Shown here in pieces: positions 1 through 10,320 of a stretch of DNA of 64,000 nucleotides. Under the pieces are notes generated by a model, which was given only the letters and a program-made list of their open reading frames with translations, was not told the DNA's origin and made no database searches. This DNA comes from an uncultured Patescibacteria group bacterium (GTDB lineage Bacteria > Patescibacteriota > Microgenomatia > UBA10105 > UBA927): NCBI GenBank assembly GCA_937921305.1, contig CAKZSU010000004.1, positions 22,316 to 86,315 on the forward strand. The letters are read 5' to 3'. The position numbers were made by a program, and so were the translations under genes. The first letter of the stretch is position 1. Every line of letters starts with the position of its first letter.

Positions 1-570
1 CACGCTTGCAATTGCGATAGTTGGCACGGCAAGAAGAAAAGAAAATTCCACCGCGTCTTTTTTTGAGAGTCCGACAAGCATACCCGCGACAATGCTTGCG
101 GCTGATCGCGAAACGCCGGGGACAACAGCAAGCGATTGCCCGATCCCTATCATAACTGCGTCGATCGTAGAAAGCTGTTGAATTGTTTTTAATTGTTTAT
201 TCCTCTTCCATTGCTCAAGCATGATCAATATAATCCCTCCGACAATGAGCGCCGAAATTGTGAAAAGAAGATTTGTAAAAAAGATTTGTTTTATGATTTT
301 GTATAAGAAAAATCCAAGAATCCCGGATGGAATAAACGCAACGCCGATATGCTTCCACAGATGCTCGCTCTGCGTGAGCCTTTGAAAGTAAAGAAGGATA
401 ACAGCGCAGATCGCGCCAAACTGAATACATATTTCAAACGTTTTCACAAATTCTGTTTGAGGGATATTGAGGAGGTTCGCGGTGAGAAGCAAATGACCAG
501 TTGATGATATTGGCAAGAACTCCGTTATGCCCTCTACGAACGATAAAAGAATAGCTTCAAAAATCGTCAT
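1..570 (-). CDS. uppP: Undecaprenyl-diphosphate phosphatase (3' end runs off the window)
   Basis: Manual translation from ATG 570: MTIFEAILLSFVEGITEFLPISSTGHL...IQFGAI...VPGVSRS, matching the UppP/BacA motifs EFLPISSTGH and PGxSRS. Confidence 0.95.
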   Translation of the reverse strand, partial: MTIFEAILLSFVEGITEFLPISSTGHLLLTANLLNIPQTEFVKTFEICIQFGAICAVILLYFQRLTQSEHLWKHIGVAFIPSGILGFFLYKIIKQIFFTNLLFTISALIVGGIILIMLEQWKRNKQLKTIQQLSTIDAVMIGIGQSLAVVPGVSRSAASIVAGMLVGLSKKDAVEFSFLLAVPTIAIASV

Positions 571-625
571 GAGGGCATTGTATCAAATTCTTGAGCGCTT
601 GATTGCTCTTTGATACGATTAATAC

Positions 626-1615
626 ATGAAAAGAAAACTCATTGTGTTAATCAGCGTTATTAGTCTTGGTATTGGGATTTTTTTACTTGTCCAGTTTATT
701 TTTGCGAATGCCCAAAGAGGCGAAGGAATGCTTAAGGTTACAGCGAATGTTTCCGTGCGAGTGTTGCTTGATAATAGAGATATCGGAAAAACGCCATTGG
801 AAAAAAAAATTCCGGTTGGTGAATATAGTCTTCGTCTTATTCCAGAAGGTTCGTATAGGAATTTCTCTTCATGGCAAGGAACGATTAAAGTATATAAAAA
901 TATTTTAACCTATGTAAATCGCGCATTGTCTGAAACAGAAATTACATCATCAGGAGAAATCTTATGGTTAGAAAAGATATCAAGCGCTAAAGGAGAGCTA
1001 ACTGTAATATCGACTCCAGAAGGAGCAAGAGTATTTTTAAATGAAGAATCAAAAGGCATGACGCCAGTGACCATTCCTGATCTTCCTGAAGGAGACTATT
1101 CATTGCTTGTTTCTTCTCCGGGATTTGAATCGCGAAGTATTTCTGTAAAAATTACTTCTGGATATAAATTATACGCTTCTTTTTCTCTTGCGTTATCGCC
1201 GGGTCAATTATTGTTGGATGCAAAAGAAGAAGACTCACCTTTTGCAACAGCAGGAGGATCGTTGCGTTCATCTTCTCCGGGGCCATCGCCTCGCGTTTCT
1301 CCAACGCCGACGCCGTCAAAAATTGCGCGTCCAACGTCGTCCCCAACGCCAACAAGAGCGCCATCTCCGTCGTCTACAGCGTCTCAACAGACGAGAAATG
1401 TCAGAAAAGTTGAAGTGCTCGACACGCCAACAGGATTTTTGCGGGTTCGAGAAGAACCTTCAACCTCATCGTCTGAAGTCGGACGAGCGAAACTGGGTGA
1501 TCGATTTTCCGTCTTGGATGTTCGTGATGTTGGCGGTGTGTCATGGTATAAGATCGCGTTTACGGAAACGCAGGATGGATGGATTTCCGGTCAATACGCG
1601 AAGAAAATCGAGTGA
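626..1615 (+). CDS. Membrane-anchored PEGA-domain protein with S/P/T-rich linker and C-terminal SH3b-like domain
   Basis: N-terminal TM; two PEGA-like repeats (GKTPL, STPEGARVFLN..GMTP); PTPTP linker; LRVREEPSTSS...WYKI...GWISGQY SH3b pattern. Confidence 0.8.
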   Translation: MKRKLIVLISVISLGIGIFLLVQFIFANAQRGEGMLKVTANVSVRVLLDNRDIGKTPLEKKIPVGEYSLRLIPEGSYRNFSSWQGTIKVYKNILTYVNRALSETEITSSGEILWLEKISSAKGELTVISTPEGARVFLNEESKGMTPVTIPDLPEGDYSLLVSSPGFESRSISVKITSGYKLYASFSLALSPGQLLLDAKEEDSPFATAGGSLRSSSPGPSPRVSPTPTPSKIARPTSSPTPTRAPSPSSTASQQTRNVRKVEVLDTPTGFLRVREEPSTSSSEVGRAKLGDRFSVLDVRDVGGVSWYKIAFTETQDGWISGQYAKKIE

Positions 1616-1621
1616 GAAAAT

Positions 1622-2554
1622 TTATCCACCAATCCCGTAAATCACGAAAAGAAGTGTGAATCCCCAGAGACATATAGTCGCGATGAGCGGTTTATCTGAC
1701 ATTAAAATTTTTTCCGGAGACTCTCCTTTGCCTTCATAGATAAGTTGCATATAGCGCATAATGCCATACAAAACAAAAGGAATGGTAATCATCATCCACT
1801 TTCTATCGGGAAAGATCATATCAATGCCTGAGTTCCAAAAGAATCCCTTCGTAACGTGTTGAACAAGAAAAGTAAACAGCGCGTATGATAAAAATGTTGA
1901 GTTTGCAAACATTGCTGTGTATGTATCGAGCAATCGTTCGGAATAATTTGATAGAGACATGCGAGTATCTTTTGGAAGAATGCCAGAATATGACTGAATC
2001 AGCGTGAGTTCTGATCGCCGCTTTCCTACTGCTAAAAATAACGCAAGCGACAACACGGCAAGCGCAAGCCAAATTGAAATATGATATCCTGTCGCCGCTT
2101 CTCCAGCGTATACGCGAAGAAAATAAGCGGCAGTAATAGTTAAGATATCGATAACGCTGATATGTTTAAAATACAGCGAGTAGCTATATTCAAGAAGAGA
2201 GAATAGCGCAGCCATGACAAAAAACATCCTTCCGATAAGATAACTGATCGAAAGACCTGCAATCAATAAAGCTATTGACGCGATCCATCCAATCGGAATT
2301 GGGAGTCTTCCGCTTGCAATCGGGCGAAACTTTTTAAATGGGTGTTTTTTGTCTCGTTCAACATCAAGAATATCATTAAAAATATAATTCGACGAAGCTA
2401 AACAGCAAAATGCAAAAAACGCTCCGACGCTCTGAACGATTGGGAGATACTCAAAAATATGTCCGGTAAAAAGAATCGGAGAAAAAATCGCAAGGTTTTT
2501 TATCCATTGTCTTGGTCGTGCTGCTTTGAGAATTTCAATGCCCAGCGAACCCAT
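1622..2554 (-). CDS. UbiA-family prenyltransferase, decaprenyl-phosphate phosphoribosyltransferase-like
   Basis: RPRQWIKN and NDILDVERDKKHPFKKFRPIASG motifs; multi-TM; likely start MGSLG at 2554. Confidence 0.85.
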   Translation of the reverse strand: MGSLGIEILKAARPRQWIKNLAIFSPILFTGHIFEYLPIVQSVGAFFAFCCLASSNYIFNDILDVERDKKHPFKKFRPIASGRLPIPIGWIASIALLIAGLSISYLIGRMFFVMAALFSLLEYSYSLYFKHISVIDILTITAAYFLRVYAGEAATGYHISIWLALAVLSLALFLAVGKRRSELTLIQSYSGILPKDTRMSLSNYSERLLDTYTAMFANSTFLSYALFTFLVQHVTKGFFWNSGIDMIFPDRKWMMITIPFVLYGIMRYMQLIYEGKGESPEKILMSDKPLIATICLWGFTLLFVIYGIGG

Positions 2555-3546
2555 ACGAGAAACCCTCCAATAATAACAGCGACGAGGAGAAATACAAAAA
2601 GTTTCTGCGTTCGCGTCACTGTTAGGGCGATTGCACCAAGTATAGCGGAGAACAGATAGTAGCACAAGGCAATAGTCCGTTTGCTCCATCCAAGATCAAG
2701 AAGATAGTGATGAAGATGCGATCTATCAGCCCACACAGGAGATTTTCCTGCTGTTACTCTTCGTAGAAGAATATAGATTGCGTCGATCATCGGCACGCCG
2801 AGAACGAGTAGCGCTGTCCCGACTTTTGCATACGAAAGGATTCCTAAAACTCCGAGAAGGAGACCTGCAAGCGTTTTTCCTCCATAGCCGGGCATAATTT
2901 TTTGCGGATAGAAGTTCCATGGAAGAAATCCAAGAAATGCGCCCACGACTATAAACGATGCAATAGTGACAGGAAGTTGTTTGGGATCTTCGATGCTATA
3001 TCGAAGCGATAATATGCCAAGAACAAATGCAGCGATTGCGGTGATTCCCGGCAATTGTCCGTCAACGCCAGCAGACCACCCGACGATGTTCATTGTCCAA
3101 TAAATCCAGAGAAACGAAAGAAGGAAAGAATAGATGGTTTCAAGATGAATCACGGTGTCAGCAAATGGGTTTGTGAGATATGGGATGCGAATTCCGCTTG
3201 CCACAATGAGTAACGCGGCGATGGCGTTTGTGACTAATCGGATATACGGATGAATATCTTGTTTATCATCTAACACGCCGATTGCTACCAGTAAGATGGA
3301 GCTTGCAAAAATGGCAATGTATTGAGGCGAATGAGGAAGAAAAAGAAGAAAAGAAACGCCTATTCCGAATAGTAGGGAAACGCCGCCGGCTCTTGGAATA
3401 GTTCCTGTGTGAACTTGTGCAGGGTGGAATCGCGTTATTTTATCATCGACAAGACGGAAGGTTTTTGCGAATTGTATCACGTATGGCGTCGCAAAGAACG
3501 AAAGAATGAAAGCAACAAAAGAAGGAATAGCAATATCGAGCATCAT
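2500..3546 (-). CDS. MraY/WecA/TagO-family polyprenyl-phosphate sugar-1-phosphate transferase
   Basis: PRAGG, GVLDD, GVDG, NFYPQKIMPG and DRSHLHH motifs; multi-TM. Confidence 0.88.
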   Translation of the reverse strand: MMLDIAIPSFVAFILSFFATPYVIQFAKTFRLVDDKITRFHPAQVHTGTIPRAGGVSLLFGIGVSFLLFLPHSPQYIAIFASSILLVAIGVLDDKQDIHPYIRLVTNAIAALLIVASGIRIPYLTNPFADTVIHLETIYSFLLSFLWIYWTMNIVGWSAGVDGQLPGITAIAAFVLGILSLRYSIEDPKQLPVTIASFIVVGAFLGFLPWNFYPQKIMPGYGGKTLAGLLLGVLGILSYAKVGTALLVLGVPMIDAIYILLRRVTAGKSPVWADRSHLHHYLLDLGWSKRTIALCYYLFSAILGAIALTVTRTQKLFVFLLVAVIIGGFLVWVRWALKFSKQHDQDNG

Positions 3547-3938
3547 AATACCACCATGATGATCATAATCGTGGCGTAGGTTGCCCATATGCTGACAATC
3601 GCAGAGAACAAAAGAAGCAGTTGCGAAAAGATTCTATAGAGGTATATTTGTGAAGAAATAAAAAAAAGCGTTATTATAAACCATATCAGTGTTCCAATTG
3701 GAAGAATGAACAAAGATAGCGGATGAGCAAGCTGTTCTTCTCCCCATGGTTTTGAGTAATACAGTGGAATTTCTGGAGGAAGGTTTGATAGATTGAGAGA
3801 AATAATGACCATGCTTATCAAAGAAAGCGCAATAGGCAGAATAAGGATGAATGTAAATATAGGTTTTGAAACAAGCGATACTATGCGTTTCTTCCGTTGA
3901 TTGATGTCTAGAAAACGCATCATAGGTTGGTAATGCAT
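3543..3938 (-). CDS. Small membrane protein (DUF1648-like)
   Basis: LPPEIPLYYSKPWG motif followed by TM helices. Confidence 0.6.
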   Translation of the reverse strand: MHYQPMMRFLDINQRKKRIVSLVSKPIFTFILILPIALSLISMVIISLNLSNLPPEIPLYYSKPWGEEQLAHPLSLFILPIGTLIWFIITLFFISSQIYLYRIFSQLLLLFSAIVSIWATYATIMIIMVVL

Positions 3939-3948
3939 ATGGATAGCG

Positions 3949-5271
3949 TTATGGGGTAGCAGTTTTATATGAGATTGTTATGGAACGATTGGGATAAATC
4001 ATGATTGCTCGATTCGGATATTCTGGAAGATCGTACGCCATTTGAGATTCTAAAAACGCGGCTTCTCCCACATACCACGGAAACGGATTTCCTTCTGGAT
4101 TATAAAGGAAAACTCTTTCTCTATCTTTTGCGTAATAAGCTGTTTCAAAAAAAATTAATGGAGATGTCGCGTATATCACATCGTTATCATCTTGAATTAT
4201 CGTTGCCTCTTTCACGACGCTTCGTATATCAAGTTTTGCTTTTGCTTGAGGAAAATATATATTTATTGCAACAAAGAAGAGAAAAACTATTCCAGTAACG
4301 ATTGTTTGCGTTTGATGATGTTTGATCGCTCGAATTGCAAACCCAATTAGCATGATTTGTGCAATTGTTACATAAATAAGATATCGATGGACAAACATAG
4401 GTTTTATAAATGAAACGCCAAGAACGACAACTAATGGAACAATGATACTAAGTATGACATACAGAATTTCTGAGCGATGATGAATGTTTTTCAAAGCGAG
4501 CATAATCATAAAGAGGAAAAAGAGAGAAAGTATTGTGGTAAGTGTCCATAATCCTCCTGGCGTGCCATCATATCCAATGAGCATGTTCCCCAATGATGAT
4601 AAGACTGTCTGAAGATCAACCGGATAGTACCATGTGTCTCGAAGTTTTCCAACGTGTTGAGAAACATGGAGTATCCATGGAAGCATGCTTATTCCTGTAA
4701 AAAAAAGAGAGCGAACATAGTTGTTTGAGACGAGACGACGCCAGTGGAAAAGTGTGTTTATTTTTTTATGGGTAAGCACGTAGTGCAATAATTGGGTTGT
4801 TGGAATAAATACTGTGTATGCATGGGTATAGAAGGCAAGAATATTCGCGAGGCTTGTGAGTATATACTTCTTTTGTCCATATGCGTACAGGGAGATTGCA
4901 GAAAATGCCATTATCCACCCATACGCTCGCGCTTCAAACGCATAGTAAAGAAGCATGGGATTTAAAAAAAAGAGAAGCGGAATTGCCCATGATAACCAAT
5001 GTTTTCCGAATCGTTTTTCTGACCAAAGCGTAATAATATATGTTGCGATAAAAAATCCGAGAAGTGAAAGCGATCGTATTGCGATTTCACTTGTTCCAAA
5101 TATCTTCATCCATATATGCAATAAGATATAGTAAAGCGGTGGTTCAAATCCCAACGATCCGACAAAAGAAGATAGTGGTCGTTCCGCGATAAGAACGGAA
5201 AACGCTTCGTCCCGCCATAAGCTTTGCGTAAGATAAAAAATAGGAGTATTAAATAAAATCCAATCAAACAT
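3949..5271 (-). CDS. GT-C fold glycosyltransferase (PMT/ArnT-like, polyprenyl-phosphate-sugar dependent)
   Basis: SLWRDE, PPLYY, EIAIR and EARAY motifs; about 10 TM helices. Confidence 0.8.
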   Translation of the reverse strand: MFDWILFNTPIFYLTQSLWRDEAFSVLIAERPLSSFVGSLGFEPPLYYILLHIWMKIFGTSEIAIRSLSLLGFFIATYIITLWSEKRFGKHWLSWAIPLLFFLNPMLLYYAFEARAYGWIMAFSAISLYAYGQKKYILTSLANILAFYTHAYTVFIPTTQLLHYVLTHKKINTLFHWRRLVSNNYVRSLFFTGISMLPWILHVSQHVGKLRDTWYYPVDLQTVLSSLGNMLIGYDGTPGGLWTLTTILSLFFLFMIMLALKNIHHRSEILYVILSIIVPLVVVLGVSFIKPMFVHRYLIYVTIAQIMLIGFAIRAIKHHQTQTIVTGIVFLFFVAINIYFPQAKAKLDIRSVVKEATIIQDDNDVIYATSPLIFFETAYYAKDRERVFLYNPEGNPFPWYVGEAAFLESQMAYDLPEYPNRAIMIYPNRSITISYKTATP

Positions 5272-5283
5272 ACGCTATTTGTA

Positions 5284-6768
5284 TTATACTTTTTCTGTAA
5301 CGCGATATTCTAGTTTCTTTCCTAAAAGAAGTCGCGTATGCGCGTCTAAGCCGGGAAGAGCGGAGAGAAAGAACGCGATAACAGGGAGCGTAAACCATTG
5401 AAGATAGAGAAAAGGCAATGTCCAGTTTTTCACATACTCTGGTTTTGGCGATTTTAGTTTCCAATCGATATAAAACACCACAAGAAGCACAATCGTTGAC
5501 AGTGTAAGAATTGTAGAAGAAATCTGTGCAAGTTGGAATCCAAAGGTTGTGCGACCAAACGCCGGGTTAATTAACGGCGGAATATATCCGCCGATTGTGA
5601 GCAAAAACCAATTCGTTGGCCACAGGATGTGATGTTCTAATAAAAGCATGAGTCTTCTCAATCGATTCCAGAAGGGAATATGTCGATGAGTAAGAACGCC
5701 ATGAATGACATACGGGATATCGGAAACTCCCCATGCCCATCGCTTTGATTGTTCATACTGATTGATGAATGTTTTGAAAAATCCTTTGCTTTCCGCCGCG
5801 TCTACAAGAACAGGAAGGAAGATTGGCACTGTTTGAACATCTTTGCCTTTCGCAAAAAACACTTTAAAAAACATATGATAATCTTCAGGAATGATGTCTG
5901 GACTCCAAAAATCTACATCTTTCGCTGTTTGCAACATAAGAGAATAGGTTGAAAAATTGATGAGTCGTCTTGGTTGAGAGAGTGCGGCAAGATTCCAAAT
6001 GCTATTTAAGGTATTCATGAATCTATTCGGCAGAGGAATGCGCCAGATGTTTGAATAGAAAAGAATTGCTCCCTGATAAAAGTGAAATTTTCGTTGAGGG
6101 TCTGTTAGAACATGTTCTGTTAAACAGGAAAGATACAATGGATGAAGAAGCGCGTCAGCGTCGCATGAAGTAATCGTCATGTATTCAATTGGCATGTTTT
6201 GTTTTTGTGCATAGTCATAGGCAAGCCGCGCCGCATGCGCCATATTTGATGATTTTCCAGCTATTTCTCCCGGTTGAAGATTATGTTTCGTAACAAGGAA
6301 ATGTTGAAAGATTTGAGAAAATTCTTTTTTTAGGATCTTTCCTGTTTTGTTGGAGTCTGGGTCTTTTTCTTCTGTTGCGATTACAAGAATGATGCGTTCT
6401 TTTGGAAAATCAGTTTTTGCTAGATTTTCTATTGTTCTTTTTAAAATGTGTATCGGTTCTTTATATTCAGGAATAATGATTACATGATGGACGTTGGAAA
6501 AATTTGGATGATGACGGATTCGCTCAAGCCAATTGACGCGAATATGCGCTTGAAGCGTAAGAAATGATTTAATTGCTGAAATAGCAAGGGAAAAAGATTT
6601 ATAAAACCAATACACCGTGAAGGTAATGAGAATATACCCAACCACTTCTGGATTGATAAATGAAAGCCAAAAGGGGAGTGTAATAAGCATCCAAGACACG
6701 CTTGGTATGGCTATTTCAAAAAAACGCTGTGTTGTTTTGGGATATCGTTGAATAAATGATGCAAACAT
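5284..6768 (-). CDS. GT2 family membrane glycosyltransferase, processive type
   Basis: DAD, PED and QSKRW (QxxRW) motifs with flanking TM helices. Confidence 0.8.
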   Translation of the reverse strand: MFASFIQRYPKTTQRFFEIAIPSVSWMLITLPFWLSFINPEVVGYILITFTVYWFYKSFSLAISAIKSFLTLQAHIRVNWLERIRHHPNFSNVHHVIIIPEYKEPIHILKRTIENLAKTDFPKERIILVIATEEKDPDSNKTGKILKKEFSQIFQHFLVTKHNLQPGEIAGKSSNMAHAARLAYDYAQKQNMPIEYMTITSCDADALLHPLYLSCLTEHVLTDPQRKFHFYQGAILFYSNIWRIPLPNRFMNTLNSIWNLAALSQPRRLINFSTYSLMLQTAKDVDFWSPDIIPEDYHMFFKVFFAKGKDVQTVPIFLPVLVDAAESKGFFKTFINQYEQSKRWAWGVSDIPYVIHGVLTHRHIPFWNRLRRLMLLLEHHILWPTNWFLLTIGGYIPPLINPAFGRTTFGFQLAQISSTILTLSTIVLLVVFYIDWKLKSPKPEYVKNWTLPFLYLQWFTLPVIAFFLSALPGLDAHTRLLLGKKLEYRVTEKV

Positions 6769-6788
6769 AGGATAGAGAGACGTTTTAG

Positions 6789-7568
6789 TTACGACGATAG
6801 ATCAAGACCATGAAAAAGCGTTCGCGCATTTTTTGTTGTTTTATTTGCCACCATTTCTTGAGGAATATTTTTTTGTATTGCCACAGTTTTCGCGACAAGA
6901 GGGAGATATTTTGGTTCGTTTCTTTTGCCTCGATGTGGTTCCGGGGCAAGGTATGGCGCGTCTGTTTCGAGCAAGAGCATCGAGAGAGGAATTAACGAGG
7001 CCATGAATTGAAGTTTTTTCGAAAAAGTAACATTTCCATCAAGGCCTACATAAAAATTTCTCGCGCTCGCCATACGAAGCTCTTGTGGTCCTCCCGAGAA
7101 ACAGTGAAGAACTCCTTTAGGCATTGACGGTTGACTGTCTAAGACAGAGAATAGATCGTCAAATGCGTCTCTGCAATGAATAATCATCGGAAGGTTATAG
7201 CGAAGAGCAAGTTTGCAGTGTTCATCGAACAATCGTATTTGGTTAGTTTTTTTGCTTTTCGCGTCTTCTCCTTTGTATTGATGATAATCAAGACCGCATT
7301 CTCCAATTGCTGCAACAGACGAATCGATTAGTTGTTCTAATACATGAGCATCAGGAAGCGTCTGCGCTTCGTATGGATGAAATCCAATTGCGGCATACAC
7401 AAAGCCGATATATTGTTTTGCGAATGACACGGATTGTTCCGATGAATATCGATCAACGCCTGGAACGATGCAGCATTTCACGCCGGCTTTTTTCGCGTTT
7501 CCAATAACAGCAGATCGATCAGGATCAAAATCTGGAAAAGTGAGGTGACAATGTGTATCGATATACAT
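6789..7568 (-). CDS. tatD: TatD family deoxyribonuclease
   Basis: IDTHCH, GECGLD, IIHCR, LHCF and LETDAPY motifs. Confidence 0.93.
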   Translation of the reverse strand: MYIDTHCHLTFPDFDPDRSAVIGNAKKAGVKCCIVPGVDRYSSEQSVSFAKQYIGFVYAAIGFHPYEAQTLPDAHVLEQLIDSSVAAIGECGLDYHQYKGEDAKSKKTNQIRLFDEHCKLALRYNLPMIIHCRDAFDDLFSVLDSQPSMPKGVLHCFSGGPQELRMASARNFYVGLDGNVTFSKKLQFMASLIPLSMLLLETDAPYLAPEPHRGKRNEPKYLPLVAKTVAIQKNIPQEMVANKTTKNARTLFHGLDLSS

Positions 7569-7609
7569 TTTCTCGCTATTATCCTATCACAAGATAGTTT
7601 GCTTGTTGA

Positions 7610-9034
7610 TTAGCGAAGTCTTGGAAATAATATACCTGATCGAACGATGCTCGGCGATGCAAATTGTCGTTGTATTATTGTTGCTGTATTTGGAAAAAAC
7701 GGTTCAAGGAGTTTGCTAATCTCTTGAATTGATTGAATGACGGGAACAAGAATCTTTTGTCGTTCCTGTCCGTGTTTATTCCACGGTGATTCGTGGTTGA
7801 TATAACTATTTTGTTCTTTAATGATGCTCCAAATATAGGAAAGTGCCTCATGAAATCGAAATGCGTTCATCGCTGTAAAAAATGGTTCGTGTGTATGATT
7901 GTTCATGGTGGTTACTGGTTCAAATGTTAATCCTTCAGCAAGCGTCGCTGTTCGAGATATAAGATTTCCAAGTTCGTTTGCAAGATCGGCGTTGTATAGT
8001 TCTTTTAGTCTGGTTTCCGAAAAATTGCCGTCAGAATATGCGGGAATTTCGCGGAGAAAATAGTAGCGGAGTGGATCGACGCCATATCGCGCGATGAGAT
8101 CAAATGGGTCAATGATATTGCCAAGCGTTTTCGACATTTTTTGACCATTGACGGTAAAGTATCCATGAATAAAAATTGCTTTTGGCAATGGTAAATTTGC
8201 TGATAACAAAAACGCCGGCCAATAGATTGCGTGGAATTTCGATATGCCTTTGCCGATCACATGCACATCGGCTGGCCACCAGGTATTATACATTTCATCA
8301 TTCCATCCAAATCCAATACCGCTTTGGTACACATTGAGCGCGTCAAACCAGACATACATTCGTTGCGTTGGATCTCCCGGAACGGGAATTCCCCAGTGTT
8401 TCGCGCGAGCGTTGGAACGGGAGATGCTGATATCGGTAAGTCCTTTTTCAAGAAAGTGCATGATTTCATGTTTTCTTGATTCAGGAATGATCCGTATTTC
8501 GTTTGACTCCAAACGTCGCACAATCTCTTTTTGATATCTTGACAATCGGAAGAAGTAATTTTCTTCTTTTATGTGGTGCAATGGTTTTCCCGGGTGTTCC
8601 GGGCACTCCCCTGTTTCAGTAAGTTCATCGTTTGTGTAAAATGCTTCACAGCCCACGCAGTACAATCCTTCATATACCGATTTGTAAATATCTCCTTGTT
8701 CAGCGCATAAATTCCACAGTTTTTGCGAGGAAGGATAGTGATGTACACGATCAGAGCTTTTCTGCCATACAGTGAATAAGCAATTAAGCTCTTGCGTGAG
8801 TTTGTAAAATGCGTTTGTGTTTTCATCAATAAACGTTTGAATCGGTTTTCCCGCGGCTTCTGCGGCTTGGACATTTTTTATCGCGTTTTCGTCCCCGCCA
8901 GAAAGAAGACAAACATCGTTTCCAAGCATTCTTTGATACCGCGCAATCGTGTCTCCTTGAACAAATTCCAGCGCGTGGCCTATGTGCGGTTTTGCGTTGA
9001 CATATGGAATAGCTGTCGTTACATAATAGTTCAT
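7610..9034 (-). CDS. metG: Methionyl-tRNA synthetase (short form)
   Basis: YVTTAIPYVNAKPHIGH (HIGH), KMSKT and YVWFDAL. Confidence 0.96.
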   Translation of the reverse strand: MNYYVTTAIPYVNAKPHIGHALEFVQGDTIARYQRMLGNDVCLLSGGDENAIKNVQAAEAAGKPIQTFIDENTNAFYKLTQELNCLFTVWQKSSDRVHHYPSSQKLWNLCAEQGDIYKSVYEGLYCVGCEAFYTNDELTETGECPEHPGKPLHHIKEENYFFRLSRYQKEIVRRLESNEIRIIPESRKHEIMHFLEKGLTDISISRSNARAKHWGIPVPGDPTQRMYVWFDALNVYQSGIGFGWNDEMYNTWWPADVHVIGKGISKFHAIYWPAFLLSANLPLPKAIFIHGYFTVNGQKMSKTLGNIIDPFDLIARYGVDPLRYYFLREIPAYSDGNFSETRLKELYNADLANELGNLISRTATLAEGLTFEPVTTMNNHTHEPFFTAMNAFRFHEALSYIWSIIKEQNSYINHESPWNKHGQERQKILVPVIQSIQEISKLLEPFFPNTATIIQRQFASPSIVRSGILFPRLR

Positions 9035-9043
9035 CGGTTTATT

Positions 9044-9367
9044 TTACTTATTTTTTAACGCAACCTCAATCAGACTGATGATTGCAAGAAGTAAAAAGAG
9101 ATATATTAGGTCGCGAAGGTTTGCCGCTTGAAGCAATAATGCTATTCCTACCCCGCTGCTCCACAAGATACCACGTCGCACATTGTTTGTAATTGCGCAA
9201 AGAAGTAGACATATTGTAATTGATAGTATTCCGATACCAATGACTATAACGCTCCACCCTTTTGGGGGGATTGTGTAAAAAAACCAACTGGCGAATGATA
9301 GTCCAGTGATTCCTCCGAGTAGAAATATCGTTCGGCGTCTGGAAGGATGGAATCGTATTCTGTTCAT
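9044..9367 (-). CDS. Small 4-TM hypothetical membrane protein
   Basis: Hydrophobic ORF directly upstream of metG; likely start MNRIRF. Confidence 0.6.
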   Translation of the reverse strand: MNRIRFHPSRRRTIFLLGGITGLSFASWFFYTIPPKGWSVIVIGIGILSITICLLLCAITNNVRRGILWSSGVGIALLLQAANLRDLIYLFLLLAIISLIEVALKNK

Positions 9368-9381
9368 GGTATAGTACGGAT

Positions 9382-10317
9382 ATGCAGGGAGACACAATCC
9401 TTCTTCTTGTTGCAATTGCTTTGTGTTTTTTTGCGATTTTGTATTTGATTATAACTCAACGATCCCGTCGCGATGATACTGCGATGATTGAATGGTTGAA
9501 GAGCATGCAACAAACGATTCGATCGTCTACCGCTGACACGAATACGCTTATTAGTCAGCGTCTTGACGCCGCCGCGATGGTTATTGGCGAACTAAAGAGA
9601 AGCTTGGGAGAGATGACGGAGATTGGAAGAGGTATTAAACGGTTTCAGGACTTTTTGCAATCGCCAAAACTTCGCGGAACGATTGGAGAACATATCTTGG
9701 TCGATACGATTTCACAATGGTTTCCCAAACAATCATTTACTCTTCAATATGCGTTTTCTTCCGGGGAGAAAGTTGATGTGGCGATCAAAACCGACGCGGG
9801 GATTCTTCCTGTCGACGCGAAATTTCCACTGACGAGTTTTCAAAAAATACATCACGCTTCCACGGAAGATGAACGAGACAGAGCGGAACGATCATTTTTC
9901 CTTGACATCAAAAAGCATATTGACGATATCGCAAGGAAGTACATTCGGCCAGATGAAGGAACGCTTGATTTTGCTCTGATGTATGTTCCGTCAGAAGCGG
10001 TGTACTATGAGGTTGTTAATGCAGAATCTCTTATGGCATACGCGAAAGAACGTCGGGTTTATCCTGTATCTCCAAGCACATTCTGCGCACATCTCCAAAT
10101 ACTATTATTGGGGTTTCAAGGAAAGGAGTTAGAGAGAAAAACACAGGATATTATGAGAATACTGCAAAGCGTGGAGAACGATATGAAAGCGTTACGAGAT
10201 CAGTATGATGTCTTGTCTCGTCACATAGCAAACGCTCACGCAAACGCGACATATGTTGGGACGATGATGAATCGGCTTGAACAGAAAATAGTCCAGATAA
10301 ATACATTTTCGGACTAG
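9382..10317 (+). CDS. rmuC: DNA recombination protein RmuC
   Basis: N-terminal TM, coiled coil, PKLRGTIGE, VDAKFP, FALMYVPSE and VSPST motifs. Confidence 0.9.
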   Translation: MQGDTILLLVAIALCFFAILYLIITQRSRRDDTAMIEWLKSMQQTIRSSTADTNTLISQRLDAAAMVIGELKRSLGEMTEIGRGIKRFQDFLQSPKLRGTIGEHILVDTISQWFPKQSFTLQYAFSSGEKVDVAIKTDAGILPVDAKFPLTSFQKIHHASTEDERDRAERSFFLDIKKHIDDIARKYIRPDEGTLDFALMYVPSEAVYYEVVNAESLMAYAKERRVYPVSPSTFCAHLQILLLGFQGKELERKTQDIMRILQSVENDMKALRDQYDVLSRHIANAHANATYVGTMMNRLEQKIVQINTFSD

Positions 10318-10320
10318 AAG

